This document shows positions 20,465 to 30,116 of a stretch of DNA of 64,000 bases, one piece after another (the stretch's first letter is position 1; the number at the start of each line of letters is the position of its first letter). Position numbers and translations under genes: made by a program. This DNA is from Candidatus Dojkabacteria bacterium (GTDB lineage: Bacteria > Patescibacteriota > Dojkabacteria > JAFGLO01): assembly GCA_016927995.1 (NCBI GenBank), contig JAFGLO010000011.1, positions 391 through 64,390 of the forward strand, given 5' to 3'. Below the pieces are notes generated by a model, which ran no database searches, was not told the origin of the DNA, and was given only the letters and a program-made list of their open reading frames with translations.

Positions 20465-21703
20465 CTAAAGATCCAAAACTGTTTTAAGCTGTGCTTCTAT
20501 GTCACTGTTAAATCCGGAAAAGGCTTTTCCATCGACAAAAATAAATGGATAATATCCGTAGGTTGTTGATACACCTTCACTTTCCGGATATTCGGATTTG
20601 TATGTACCAAGTACGCTTGAAAAATCGCTATCGGTTGTAAGATGCTCTTCGTAGGAAAGGTTATATTCATCAAGAAATGCCAGCAAATCAACGCACATGG
20701 GCCCTGTGTTGTTGTGGAAAATAACAATTTCTTGCTGATTTATTTTGCCATTGCCGCCGTCTGACTCATTAAGATCATCAACCTTACATGGGTTTACAAC
20801 ATCCTGCTCATCTTCGTAAGGAATTGCCGGTCTAATTTTCTCAGGTGTGTAAGGTGCATTTATGTTTATAGGAATCTGCCACATAGGAAGTACTTTGTCG
20901 ACTGTTCCAAGTGTATCTAAATCAACCCAGTCAACGTTGTAGTTATCCCAAAAGTTATGCCACATATTGTTCCAGCGGGCCTTTTGTCCTCCAATGTATG
21001 TGTGTGAAACCCCAATAAATTTTTCTTCTGTAATTGCGCGCTCAAACTCAGTTGTCATATCTTCGGGACTTCCGTTTCGCTCATAAAAGCTGTAATCACA
21101 GAAACTTCCATATTTAAATTCGGGAACGTCGATATTTGAAACCGAAATTATTTTTACGTTGTATTCTTCGGGTTTGTAGACAGTGGTTGCAAGCTCTGTT
21201 GTTCCACGGGCAGTTATATATTCAATCCCAAGCTCATCAGCAATTTTTACTGTATTTTCGTCGGATGCCATGTAACGTGAGCTGATTATTCGCACTTTTA
21301 TGTTAAGCATTGACTCTATTCTTGTTACCATGTCTGTGATAACTTCGTACTGCTCGTCATATGTCATTTCCCAATATGGTTTGGGATCATATGATGCGGC
21401 AATTTCTATTACACCTGTTTTTAGAATCTCACGGATTGTTTCCTGGTTTGCTTGAACGAAATCGGCATTAACCATTAGTATCCCTTTAACATTTCTTTCT
21501 TTCATGTCGGAAACCATATTTACAAGACCGTCGGTGTTACGGAACTCGATTAGAAGCATCATTGCTTTTGGAACTGTTTCCTCTGCGGGTGTTTCCTCTT
21601 TGGGTGTTGGGCATGCGTATTTTTGCACCAAAAAGAATTCCCCCACAAGCAGAGCTCCAAGCACAAAGAGAGCCCCGATTAAGATTGGTAATTTCTTACT
21701 CAT
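20465..21703 (-). CDS. Secreted protein with a C-terminal thioredoxin/glutaredoxin-like domain (hypothetical)
   Basis: It has a signal peptide. The C-terminus (IVIFHNNTGPMCVDLLAFLDEYNLSYEEH...YPFIFVDGKAFSGF) resembles a glutaredoxin/NrdH fold with a single Cys. It is the last gene of the ArsR-Trx-CcdA operon. Confidence 0.5.
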   Translation of the reverse strand: MSKKLPILIGALFVLGALLVGEFFLVQKYACPTPKEETPAEETVPKAMMLLIEFRNTDGLVNMVSDMKERNVKGILMVNADFVQANQETIREILKTGVIEIAASYDPKPYWEMTYDEQYEVITDMVTRIESMLNIKVRIISSRYMASDENTVKIADELGIEYITARGTTELATTVYKPEEYNVKIISVSNIDVPEFKYGSFCDYSFYERNGSPEDMTTEFERAITEEKFIGVSHTYIGGQKARWNNMWHNFWDNYNVDWVDLDTLGTVDKVLPMWQIPININAPYTPEKIRPAIPYEDEQDVVNPCKVDDLNESDGGNGKINQQEIVIFHNNTGPMCVDLLAFLDEYNLSYEEHLTTDSDFSSVLGTYKSEYPESEGVSTTYGYYPFIFVDGKAFSGFNSDIEAQLKTVLDL

Positions 21704-21727
21704 AATTTATATAAAAAATTTAGATAA

Positions 21728-22987
21728 TTACCCGAACATTAGTATTTCGGGTTTTACTATTAAGATGATTCCAATAATTAATATAACGATTCCTCCAATC
21801 AGGCTTGACCACTTTGTGTATTTCTTTGCTATTCCCGTGACTTCAAAAGTTTTAATAGCAACAAAGAAAACGATTAAATCATCAAGCATAAAGACTAACA
21901 CATATAAAATCAGGTAGAGGTAATATTGAATTGGAGTTAGTTTAATTGTTGACAGTAGATTTGTATAAATGGCTGGTAGCCCTGCAGAACAAGCTAATTC
22001 AATAAGGTTTACCGATATGGCCAAAGTGATGATTCCTACCATTGCAAGCAAAAAGCTTCTTTCGGCTATAATTTTTTTTATTTTGTCAATAATGCCTTTT
22101 CGTTGAGTTTCGTTTGTTGCACGACAACCGCCCTTTGAAGACAATGCACTTTTGATGTGTAGAATTCCACTTACAATTGCGACAATTCCTATTATTATCT
22201 TTATTTGAGAAACATAGCCGATTAGATCAAAGACCTTAAACCATGCAAGTAAAAATAAAAAGTATACGAGACCTGATACAAAGATAAACGTAGACCCAAG
22301 TAGATACAGTTTTTTCTTATCTTTCATGTTAATAAGCATGGTGATAAGAAATATAAGAATCCACATTGCACAAGGGTTAAATCCATCGACTAGTGCAATA
22401 AGTATTGTTGCAACCGGAAGTGAAATATCTTTTAGATTTACTTTGCCAAAGATATAGGTGTTCAAATAGATTGGCGATGTGCTCTCTGTATTTGATCCAC
22501 TTTGAATTTTAGCATTGGGATCGGACCCATTTGGTGTGGTTTCTCCTAACAGCAATTCCGAAAGATTGTCTTTACAACCGTCTTGTATACACCTGTCAAT
22601 CTCGGCTTTTATATCAGCCCCGGTGGTATTGTCGCTTTCATAGCCTACGAAATACTTTTCCCCTATTACAAGAAAAGGAACACCTGCAACCTCGATATCT
22701 AAGTAATCGATAACATCTAGAAACGTATTGCTATCTTCTTTTTCGTAGTAAATTTCGTATTCATAAATTGTAATTTGGTCGGGGTAATCTTCCCTGAGAT
22801 CTTTTAGAAATTGCCTTTCTTTTGCACAGTGCGGACAGCCAAGTCCATAGAACAGATAAATATTTATGGGTTCAGCCTGGGCATAGACTAACCGTGTAAA
22901 TCCTGCAAAAATAGCAATAAAAAAAACAAGAACTAATGCGATCTTATTAAATATGTTTAGGTTTGGTTTAACTGTCTTTATATTCAT
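21728..22987 (-). CDS. Thiol:disulfide interchange protein: N-terminal thioredoxin-fold domain (GCPHC) fused to a CcdA/DsbD-like multi-TM domain
   Basis: The CxxC motif is YLFYGLGCPHCAKERQFL. The C-terminal part has about 6 TM segments with a conserved Cys in TM1 (DGFNPCAMWIL), typical of CcdA/DsbD electron transporters. Confidence 0.7.
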   Translation of the reverse strand: MNIKTVKPNLNIFNKIALVLVFFIAIFAGFTRLVYAQAEPINIYLFYGLGCPHCAKERQFLKDLREDYPDQITIYEYEIYYEKEDSNTFLDVIDYLDIEVAGVPFLVIGEKYFVGYESDNTTGADIKAEIDRCIQDGCKDNLSELLLGETTPNGSDPNAKIQSGSNTESTSPIYLNTYIFGKVNLKDISLPVATILIALVDGFNPCAMWILIFLITMLINMKDKKKLYLLGSTFIFVSGLVYFLFLLAWFKVFDLIGYVSQIKIIIGIVAIVSGILHIKSALSSKGGCRATNETQRKGIIDKIKKIIAERSFLLAMVGIITLAISVNLIELACSAGLPAIYTNLLSTIKLTPIQYYLYLILYVLVFMLDDLIVFFVAIKTFEVTGIAKKYTKWSSLIGGIVILIIGIILIVKPEILMFG

Positions 22988-23234
22988 TAATGATTTTTAT
23001 TAGGTTTTTCTTTTCGATTTCACCGTATTCACGATGAATTTCAGTACCATTCTTGTCAAGAAAAATGAAACAAGGAAATTCGGTTATATCATACTTTTTT
23101 ACAAGATCGGCGTTCTCGTCGACATCATAATATTCGGTTTTAAGCCACTTTAGTTCGCTCTCAATCTGTTGCCAAATCGGCTTCATAATAAGGCATCCCG
23201 AACACCAGATTGCGCCAAATTTTAGTACTTTCAT
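22968..23234 (-). CDS. Thioredoxin-family protein
   Basis: It contains the WCSGC active-site motif and is 88 aa long. Confidence 0.8.
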   Translation of the reverse strand: MKVLKFGAIWCSGCLIMKPIWQQIESELKWLKTEYYDVDENADLVKKYDITEFPCFIFLDKNGTEIHREYGEIEKKNLIKIINEYKDS

Positions 23235-23236
23235 AT

Positions 23237-23527
23237 TTAGTTGTTGATAATAGTTAATAATTCAAGGACGATGTCCCTTTTGGATTCAATTAGTTTGTAA
23301 ATTATGTGTTGTCCGTTTCTGATGGTTTTAACATATTTTAAATCAAGCAGTGTTTTTAGATGATGAGAGATAAGGCTATGTTTTAGGTTTAATTTCTTTA
23401 CCATTTGACAAACGCAGGTATCTTTCTGTGAAAGTAGAGTCAGAATTTTTATTCTGTTAAGTACTAAAAGTTTGCGTAGGGTTTCTATTTTTTTGTTGGT
23501 TGAAACATTCATTAATAAAGATTGCAA
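23237..23527 (-). CDS. ArsR/SmtB-family metalloregulator (HTH)
   Basis: The winged-HTH segment with a metal/redox CVC motif reads LSQKDTCVCQMVKKLNLKHSLISHHLKTLLDLKYV. Confidence 0.7.
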   Translation of the reverse strand: MQSLLMNVSTNKKIETLRKLLVLNRIKILTLLSQKDTCVCQMVKKLNLKHSLISHHLKTLLDLKYVKTIRNGQHIIYKLIESKRDIVLELLTIINN

Positions 23528-23605
23528 TCATTTCAATGTATATTGAAATATATAACAAAGTTTAAGCTGAGTCAAGTCAGGTGAAGAAGTGAAATCGTGT
23601 AGACT

Positions 23606-23884
23606 TTACTGAGGTTGCTGAATATTTATAGCCATTCCTTCTATCAAAGCCTTTGTAATCTTTTCAAGCGCGGTGGTAATATCACGCTGATACTGGCTTT
23701 GAGAAATCCCCATTTTTTCTGCGGCTTCGTCTTGATCGAGCTTTTCAATATAACGTAAGCGGATAGTCTCGAGTTCCTCATGGGTTATTGTTACTTCTTG
23801 TAATTGTTGCAAACGGATTCCTCTAGGTTTAAAGTAAATGTCATTAAATCGAAACCCCAAGTGTCGTCTGAATCGATGTCTCAT
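23606..23884 (-). CDS. DUF134 (UPF0251) family putative DNA-binding protein
   Basis: A sigma-region-4-like HTH (IEKLDQDEAAEKMGISQSQYQRDITTALEKI) and an MRHRFRR...FKPRGI start are both typical of DUF134. Confidence 0.65.
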   Translation of the reverse strand: MRHRFRRHLGFRFNDIYFKPRGIRLQQLQEVTITHEELETIRLRYIEKLDQDEAAEKMGISQSQYQRDITTALEKITKALIEGMAINIQQPQ

Positions 23885-23958
23885 TTTGGTCTGTGTTAAT
23901 AAATAAGCTAGTGGGATAACATGGGTTAACAGAAAATGCTACCCCACACACTTTTAAG

Positions 23959-24225
23959 TTAGAGGCAGAAGATACCACGCATGGCTGTTCCACACTTCGG
24001 GCACTTTTTTTGTGTACAAGGAGTACCTCTTACATGTGGTTCTTTATATCCACACTTCGGACATGTGCACTCTTTTGTTCCACCTAAACCCCTACCAACG
24101 CCGGTTTTTGCTCTTCCTAAACCTCTACCTCGTCCGGCTCCTCTGCCGGCTCCACGACCAACGCCGCGACCTGCACCAGTAACTGGACCTTGCCCCATAG
24201 GGCCTGTTCCGTCTAGATTTGGCAT
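23959..24225 (-). CDS. DUF5320-like small Arg/Gly-rich protein with C-terminal Cys4 zinc ribbon (partner of DUF134)
   Basis: From the internal Met it reads MPNLDGTGPMGQGPVTGAGRGVGRGAGRGAGRGRGLG...CTCPKCGYKEPH...CPKCGTAM. The upstream in-frame extension in the ORF track (to 24351) is unlikely to be translated. Confidence 0.55.
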   Translation of the reverse strand: MPNLDGTGPMGQGPVTGAGRGVGRGAGRGAGRGRGLGRAKTGVGRGLGGTKECTCPKCGYKEPHVRGTPCTQKKCPKCGTAMRGIFCL

Positions 24226-24349
24226 AATTATGTTAAATAAATTTATATATGGGTGATTACCCACTTGTATGATAACATACATTGCCAAATGGGTCAATAC
24301 CCATTTGGTTGCTCTGGAAGTCAAACGACAACCCATGCTATAATATAGC

Positions 24350-25489
24350 ATGGCAAAGATATCTTTTGAAGGTTCACAAGCAATGCAAGCTGAGGGTATA
24401 GATGTTCCTTATTTGCTACATGAATGCCAACAGTTGGTTAATGCCGATGAAGCATTAAGACGAACTAAATTTGTTCAAGGAGCTGCTGATGGATATTTTG
24501 AACATATTGGGAGACATATAATATCCCTAACTTCTTGGGTTACTGACCACATCCCATTTGCTATAAGTGATATTGCATTGGCTCCACAACCAATTGCAAA
24601 GGAACTGTTAGCTATTTTTGTTGTTGCTGGTATTATTGGAATACTCTCAAGTGATGTTTCTGCTACTCAAAAAACAGCAGAGCTGGTCGACACGGTCAAA
24701 GGTATGTTTATTGGAACCGGTACAGGCTTTCTGATATTCATGCTTACGTATGGGTATAGATATTTTAGGACACCTTTAGAACAAAAGCTTGGAATTGTTA
24801 AGGAGCCCTTTGATGTTACAGAGGAAACAGCGTTTGTGATTTCGAAACTAAATGAGCTTTCTGAAAGCCGTAAACTTGAAAGAGACGAGCAAATTGCAGA
24901 GGCACATAAGGCTGTAAAAGAATTCTTTGAGAATTACTATCCTCCTGTTAGAACAGCGCATAGAGTTAAAAAGTCGTTGTTTTCCAAAATGCTTTTAAAA
25001 ACCATGGGATTTTTAGGGATATGTAATCCTTTTATCCAAGAAATTATTTCAACAATCGAAGTGATACCGGAATTATATGCTCATGAGTTTGCTCATGCGA
25101 ATGGAGCTGCTCCAGAACCATCAGCACAGATTGCCGGTGTTATTGCCCAGATAAGCTCAGAAGATCCATCGGTTCAATATCAAGGTTATTCTGCCTGGTT
25201 GTATCAGCTTATATCACACTTAATTTCAGAAAATAAATTCGAGGAGATACTTAAAAAGCTTTGTTCTGCATGGCTTAATGAAAGGTCGCTTGAAGAATGT
25301 AAAGAACGTTGGAACACGCTTGAAGAAGTATATAATGCCGATAACTGGTGTAGAAGAAAAGAAAGATGGTATCGTGAATTGTTATTAAAACTCACAGGAC
25401 AAGAAGGAGTTAATGTAGCCTATGTTGATGCTCCGCTTGCTCTTCTTGCCAACTGGCGAAAGCAGCAGGCCAATGCTACAGCGAGCTAA
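24350..25489 (+). CDS. Hypothetical membrane protein with an HExxH zinc-metallopeptidase-like motif
   Basis: It has two or three TM segments (AIFVVAGIIGILS, GFLIFMLTYGY) and the motif HEFAHANG. I recognise no confident family. Confidence 0.45.
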   Translation: MAKISFEGSQAMQAEGIDVPYLLHECQQLVNADEALRRTKFVQGAADGYFEHIGRHIISLTSWVTDHIPFAISDIALAPQPIAKELLAIFVVAGIIGILSSDVSATQKTAELVDTVKGMFIGTGTGFLIFMLTYGYRYFRTPLEQKLGIVKEPFDVTEETAFVISKLNELSESRKLERDEQIAEAHKAVKEFFENYYPPVRTAHRVKKSLFSKMLLKTMGFLGICNPFIQEIISTIEVIPELYAHEFAHANGAAPEPSAQIAGVIAQISSEDPSVQYQGYSAWLYQLISHLISENKFEEILKKLCSAWLNERSLEECKERWNTLEEVYNADNWCRRKERWYRELLLKLTGQEGVNVAYVDAPLALLANWRKQQANATAS

Positions 25490-25511
25490 ATCTACTGCGG
25501 GCTAACGCTAA

Positions 25512-27290
25512 CTAAATGCTTTTCAACATATCATCAATTCTATTTAGACCCTTTTCCCAAAACTCTTTTTTGGTAATGTCGATTCCGAGTTCCAGAAAAA
25601 TCTCCTTTGGTGACTTAGAAAGTCCAGTGCTTAAAAATGTTTTTACCTTTGAAATTGTCTTTGGGTCTTTTTGTACCATTGCTTGCAATGCCTTTGAGAT
25701 AAGTAGGCCGCTGGCATATGAATAAACGTAAAATGGGGATCTAATGTGAGACCAATGAACCCACCAATTTTCAGAACCTTTGTCGGCTGAAACCGCTGGT
25801 CCCATATATGCTTGCATGTGAGTTTTAAACATAGCTGATATTTCTTTTGCGCTTAAATACATTTGTTTACGAAATGTTGCATGCAGTTCTTTTTCGAAAT
25901 TATAAAGCGCAACCTGTCTAAAAATTGTTGAAACGTCGTTGCCTAGCTTGTCCATAAGCAAAAGCCTTTTCGTGGAATCGGAGATGGATTTATTTAAGTT
26001 TTCAAAAACGAAATCCTCAAAAAATGTACTTGCAACTTCTGCAGTGCTTGTAGGTGTTCCGTAGTTTAATATGTCTTGATGTTTTGCGATTAGTTCATTA
26101 TTTATTCCGTGGCCTAATTCATGTGCGATTGTTAGAATGTCTGATTCGTTTCCAGAGTAGTTTAGAAGAATGTAAGTTGGATATTTTGGCTTAACTGCGG
26201 CACAGTATGCCCCACCCGATTTACCTTTTTGTGGGAATACGTCGAATCTTCTTTGAGAAAAAAAGTTCTTTGCAAGCTCACCCAGTTCAGGATCAAGTGA
26301 AGTATATGTTGATAGTACAATTTTTTGAGCCTGAGAAAATTCATATTTTAGGGACTTGGGATTTAAGGGGAATGTTCGCTCATGATATTTTAGCCTTTTT
26401 TTGCCCAGTATTCTGGCACGGGCTTTGTAGTATCGTTTTGAAAGGTCGAATCGCTTGGTTACTGCACTTACCATTGCATCAACGACACTTGTGTCTATGT
26501 CGTCCGATATATGACGGGCTTCGTCAGGGCGAATGTGTCCTCGCAATTTGTCGGAAACTCTTTTAAATTCCAGAATAGAGTTAAGCTCTTCTGTTGCAAT
26601 TTCACGCTTTTCGTATACTATTTTATGAATTATTTTTGCGCTGCTGTCGCGCAATTTTGAATCACGGCTCGATAGATTTTCAATTATTTGATTAAATGGT
26701 TGTTTCTTTTTTATGCCTTTGGTTGTTGTTACGTATCCTTCGGTTTTGTTTACCTGTTCCTCTAAAAACTGTGTCCAATTTGAATACGCAGGTTTGCTTA
26801 AAAGTGAAAATAAGTTCTCTTCCTTTTCGGAAAGCAGGTATTTTCCTTCAATGAATAATCTTTTTAGCATGTGCGAGTACTTTTGTAATGGTTTGTAGGC
26901 TAGCATTTTAGGCTGCAGGTTTTTTGGAATTTTTGATATTTTGAGAGTAAAAAAGGTAAGACTGTTTGAAAGCTCCGTTGCTGTTTGATTTATGTTGTTG
27001 AATTGTTTTTTTATTGTTATATCTTGGGCATTTTGATCACGTCTTAAGTAGTAGTAAAACCAAGCTTTGTCTATTGAATGATTGCTGTTTGCAAGGATTT
27101 CATAATCTAGTAGTGCTTTGTGTAGTGCCTTGGGATCTTTTAAATATGCTTTTGCGGTTTTATATTTTTTTACAAAGTCGGAGATCTCTTTTTTTGAGAT
27201 TTTTACATCTTTTTCTATTTGTGGGTCGGAATCGCTTTTATATAAAAGGCTTAAGTCCCACGTGTAGTTTTTTGCTGGTTGTACAATCAC
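25512..27290 (-). CDS. pepF: Oligoendopeptidase F (M3B family)
   Basis: HELGHGINN (HExxH) lies in the typical M3B context and the overall length is 592 aa. Confidence 0.85.
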   Translation of the reverse strand: MIVQPAKNYTWDLSLLYKSDSDPQIEKDVKISKKEISDFVKKYKTAKAYLKDPKALHKALLDYEILANSNHSIDKAWFYYYLRRDQNAQDITIKKQFNNINQTATELSNSLTFFTLKISKIPKNLQPKMLAYKPLQKYSHMLKRLFIEGKYLLSEKEENLFSLLSKPAYSNWTQFLEEQVNKTEGYVTTTKGIKKKQPFNQIIENLSSRDSKLRDSSAKIIHKIVYEKREIATEELNSILEFKRVSDKLRGHIRPDEARHISDDIDTSVVDAMVSAVTKRFDLSKRYYKARARILGKKRLKYHERTFPLNPKSLKYEFSQAQKIVLSTYTSLDPELGELAKNFFSQRRFDVFPQKGKSGGAYCAAVKPKYPTYILLNYSGNESDILTIAHELGHGINNELIAKHQDILNYGTPTSTAEVASTFFEDFVFENLNKSISDSTKRLLLMDKLGNDVSTIFRQVALYNFEKELHATFRKQMYLSAKEISAMFKTHMQAYMGPAVSADKGSENWWVHWSHIRSPFYVYSYASGLLISKALQAMVQKDPKTISKVKTFLSTGLSKSPKEIFLELGIDITKKEFWEKGLNRIDDMLKSI

Positions 27291-28546
27291 TATAAAAGCT
27301 CTTCAAATTGAATTTTTTTAAGGAGATTTCTGTCTAGAATAATATGCTCTTTGGGATCAAATTTATCAGTTGTTACTCGAACTAGTCGAGTTTTGTATTT
27401 TTCTTTGTATAGAATTTTGTTATTTCTTTTTATAAAGTCATTTATTTTGTTATAGAATAATCCTATATATTCATAATCCAGACTATTTAAATCAGCTGAT
27501 GCGTTTATAAGCGGTTCAATTTCTTTTACTCGATTTCCCTCTTCTATTTTGACATCTGAGAAGTCAAACCAATAACTACTTAGTGCTACAACAAATCTGA
27601 TCGAAGTGTCGTTCTCGCTATTAAAAATATAAGTTATCTCCCTAGTCTCAGTTTGCAGATAGGTTTTTAAATATAGCTGGTCAAAACTTGTAACCTTGTA
27701 AACTTTGTATGAATTTATGAGTGTAAGAAATGTCGGTCTCCAATTTTCAATCCATAAGTCATAGTTTGTTCTGTCGTAGAAGAATTGGGCAAGGTCCTTT
27801 TCAAAAAGATTGTCGTCAAGATTAGCAACTCTTAGTTTAAGCTTATCAAGTAAGTCTTTCAGTGTTTCATATTTCTCTTTATTCAGCTTAAAATATTCAA
27901 TATCAGGGTATGTATTACGCTTTAAATACCAGATGAGATCGTAGATATCTCTTGGCTTGCAATTTGTTTTTTCTTCACCAATTCCTCGATCATTTCTGTT
28001 TATTACCGCAAGTATTTTACTGGACATAAGCGTGGAAATAGGATAAGTTTTTATTGTATAAGTTAAGTTATCATGAACAATCGGAATTGTTTCTGTAATT
28101 AATTTGTTGGCTTCGGGAAAGTAATTAATATCAAACCTAATTTTCAATTTTGACCACGAAACGTTGATGCCAAGTGCTTCAATAATATCAAGACCGATCA
28201 TAAGTGTACTTGTTTTTATACCTTCTTTGATAGATATGTCCACTGTTTGTAAATATCGGTTTTTAAAATGTGAAATTAAGGAGGTTCTAAGTGCTGGTAA
28301 GTCTAGTTCTTCAGCGGTTTGGAAATCAAGGTCCTCTGACATTCTTGGCAATTCATAACCTATCCGTAAAAGGGATCCGCCATACATTATCAGTTTTGAG
28401 TATGGTGCGCTGTTGAATATATAGTTTAGAATGTAATGCTGCAGCTCTTCTTTTATTGCGTTTATTATAATGATATCGGTATGTCCGGCTTCTTTAAGAG
28501 TAGCTACTTTTTCTTTAAGCTTTTTTACAAGGATAGATTCGCTCAT
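27290..28546 (-). CDS. AbiEii/AbiGii-family nucleotidyltransferase toxin (type IV TA)
   Basis: It contains YGGSLLRIGYELPRMSEDLDF (the GGxxL...R.S.D.D nucleotidyltransferase motif of DUF1814/AbiEii). It overlaps the antitoxin gene by 1 nt. Confidence 0.75.
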   Translation of the reverse strand: MSESILVKKLKEKVATLKEAGHTDIIIINAIKEELQHYILNYIFNSAPYSKLIMYGGSLLRIGYELPRMSEDLDFQTAEELDLPALRTSLISHFKNRYLQTVDISIKEGIKTSTLMIGLDIIEALGINVSWSKLKIRFDINYFPEANKLITETIPIVHDNLTYTIKTYPISTLMSSKILAVINRNDRGIGEEKTNCKPRDIYDLIWYLKRNTYPDIEYFKLNKEKYETLKDLLDKLKLRVANLDDNLFEKDLAQFFYDRTNYDLWIENWRPTFLTLINSYKVYKVTSFDQLYLKTYLQTETREITYIFNSENDTSIRFVVALSSYWFDFSDVKIEEGNRVKEIEPLINASADLNSLDYEYIGLFYNKINDFIKRNNKILYKEKYKTRLVRVTTDKFDPKEHIILDRNLLKKIQFEELL

Positions 28547-29154
28547 TATATTGATTTAATAAGTTCAAATAAGGCATGGCGCTCTATTTTATCTAGTATA
28601 CCTATATCGAGACGGTACTCTTCGGTTGCATTAATAAGTTTTGTTTTGTTTCTCAAGGTATCGATTGGTATTCGATAATATAAGTAATCAAATATGGCTT
28701 TGTAAGGGCTTGCAATGCTTATTTTAAATTCTTTATTTAATATTATGAATCCATTAAACAGTTGAGCTTTTATGCTTTTGTAGTGGAAAATTCCGATCCT
28801 ATTTGTAAACTTACGTGTTGCTTTTGGGGTAACAGATGTTATAACTGAGGATATTCCCTCTGTAAGAATTCCATAGTATGATAGTGCGCTTTCCATTGAT
28901 ATGTAGGATGGTTCAACCAACTTATTTCCTACCATATAGCTGTACATTAGATTTGATTTGTGTGCGTCAAAGTATTTTTTTGTCGTATAAAAATTACGCT
29001 TTAGGCTTAAGATCTCTTTGTTTTTTATGCTTCGCTGGATATAGGTATTTATGGTTGTGGTGGGAATTGATAAGCGATCTGCAGAGACTAAAAGACTCTC
29101 TTTTGTGAAATACGGTGAATTTTCAAACTGTGAAAAAAAGGACAGCCTTTTCAT
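28546..29154 (-). CDS. AbiEi-family antitoxin / transcriptional regulator
   Basis: The conserved AbiEi core is SYISMESALSYYGILTE. It lies immediately upstream of the AbiEii gene. Confidence 0.7.
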   Translation of the reverse strand: MKRLSFFSQFENSPYFTKESLLVSADRLSIPTTTINTYIQRSIKNKEILSLKRNFYTTKKYFDAHKSNLMYSYMVGNKLVEPSYISMESALSYYGILTEGISSVITSVTPKATRKFTNRIGIFHYKSIKAQLFNGFIILNKEFKISIASPYKAIFDYLYYRIPIDTLRNKTKLINATEEYRLDIGILDKIERHALFELIKSI

Positions 29155-29206
29155 TTACGTTTTAATACAAATTTGTATTATATTGTAAATAAACGTTATT
29201 GTTTTG

Positions 29207-29446
29207 TCAAGTATTTTTCCTTTGGTTATACCATCTTCTAAAAAGCTCAATTGCAAATAAAACTGAATCGTCGGTTTGACCGACAAACGGTGTAAAGTCC
29301 GGGATTATATCAAGCGGCCAGATAAGATAAATTATGGCGACGATTAGTAGCCAGTTTTCTTTAAGAAAGTTTTTAATCTTCATTTTTCCAATATACTCCA
29401 TCACGATTAAATACATATTATCATGCCTGTGATTAAACCGCCACAT
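29207..29446 (-). CDS. DUF1232 (YkvA-like) small membrane protein
   Basis: The DUF1232 motif is LIWPLDIIPDFTPFVGQTDD. Confidence 0.6.
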   Translation of the reverse strand: MWRFNHRHDNMYLIVMEYIGKMKIKNFLKENWLLIVAIIYLIWPLDIIPDFTPFVGQTDDSVLFAIELFRRWYNQRKNT

Positions 29447-29510
29447 TTGACAAAAGGCTTTAGATTGTGATATTGTTTCTGTAAGTAACTAAATACAGTA
29501 ACAAAGAGAA

Positions 29511-30116
29511 ATGAGATACGTTGATTTAAAGACAAAACTGAAAGAAATTGTTGTATTTAGTCTTAACGATATAAGACAATGGGATCCTTCTTTCTATAGA
29601 AATCGGTTAATTGAATGGTTAGATAAAAGATATATAATCAGATTACGTCGAGATAGATATATGTTTTCTGATACTGATATCTTTGAATCTAGGCTTTTTC
29701 ATATAGCGAATCGAATATATTCTCCTTCTTATTTATCACTTGAAACGGCATTATCTTATTATGGACTTATTCCGGAAACTGTTTATTCTATAACCTCAGT
29801 TACCACAAGAAAGACAAACGAATTTGAAAATAATTTGGGGAAATTTATGTATAGAACGGTAAATTCAAACTTATTTTGGGGTTATGACATAGTGCATGGC
29901 TCTCAGGTTGCAGAAATAGAAAAGTGCATTTTAGATTATTTTTATTTGAATCCAAATATTGATAATGAATCTGATTTTTTTGAACTAAGGTTTAATGGTG
30001 AAGATTTTTTGAAAAGATACTCAAAGGAAAAGTTTAATAAATATCTTAAAATTTTTGATAATAAGGCATTAAATAGTAGAGTAGATAAATTCATGAGGTT
30101 TTTAAAAAATGCTTGA
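29511..30116 (+). CDS. AbiEi-family antitoxin (second copy, divergent orientation)
   Basis: It contains SYLSLETALSYYGLIPE, paralogous to the 28546..29154 gene. Confidence 0.7.
   Translation: MRYVDLKTKLKEIVVFSLNDIRQWDPSFYRNRLIEWLDKRYIIRLRRDRYMFSDTDIFESRLFHIANRIYSPSYLSLETALSYYGLIPETVYSITSVTTRKTNEFENNLGKFMYRTVNSNLFWGYDIVHGSQVAEIEKCILDYFYLNPNIDNESDFFELRFNGEDFLKRYSKEKFNKYLKIFDNKALNSRVDKFMRFLKNA

Noticed and set aside
23981-24256. 91-aa plus-strand Pro/Arg-rich ORF
   Set aside because: It is the antisense reading of the GC-rich Gly/Arg-repeat region of the DUF5320-like gene.
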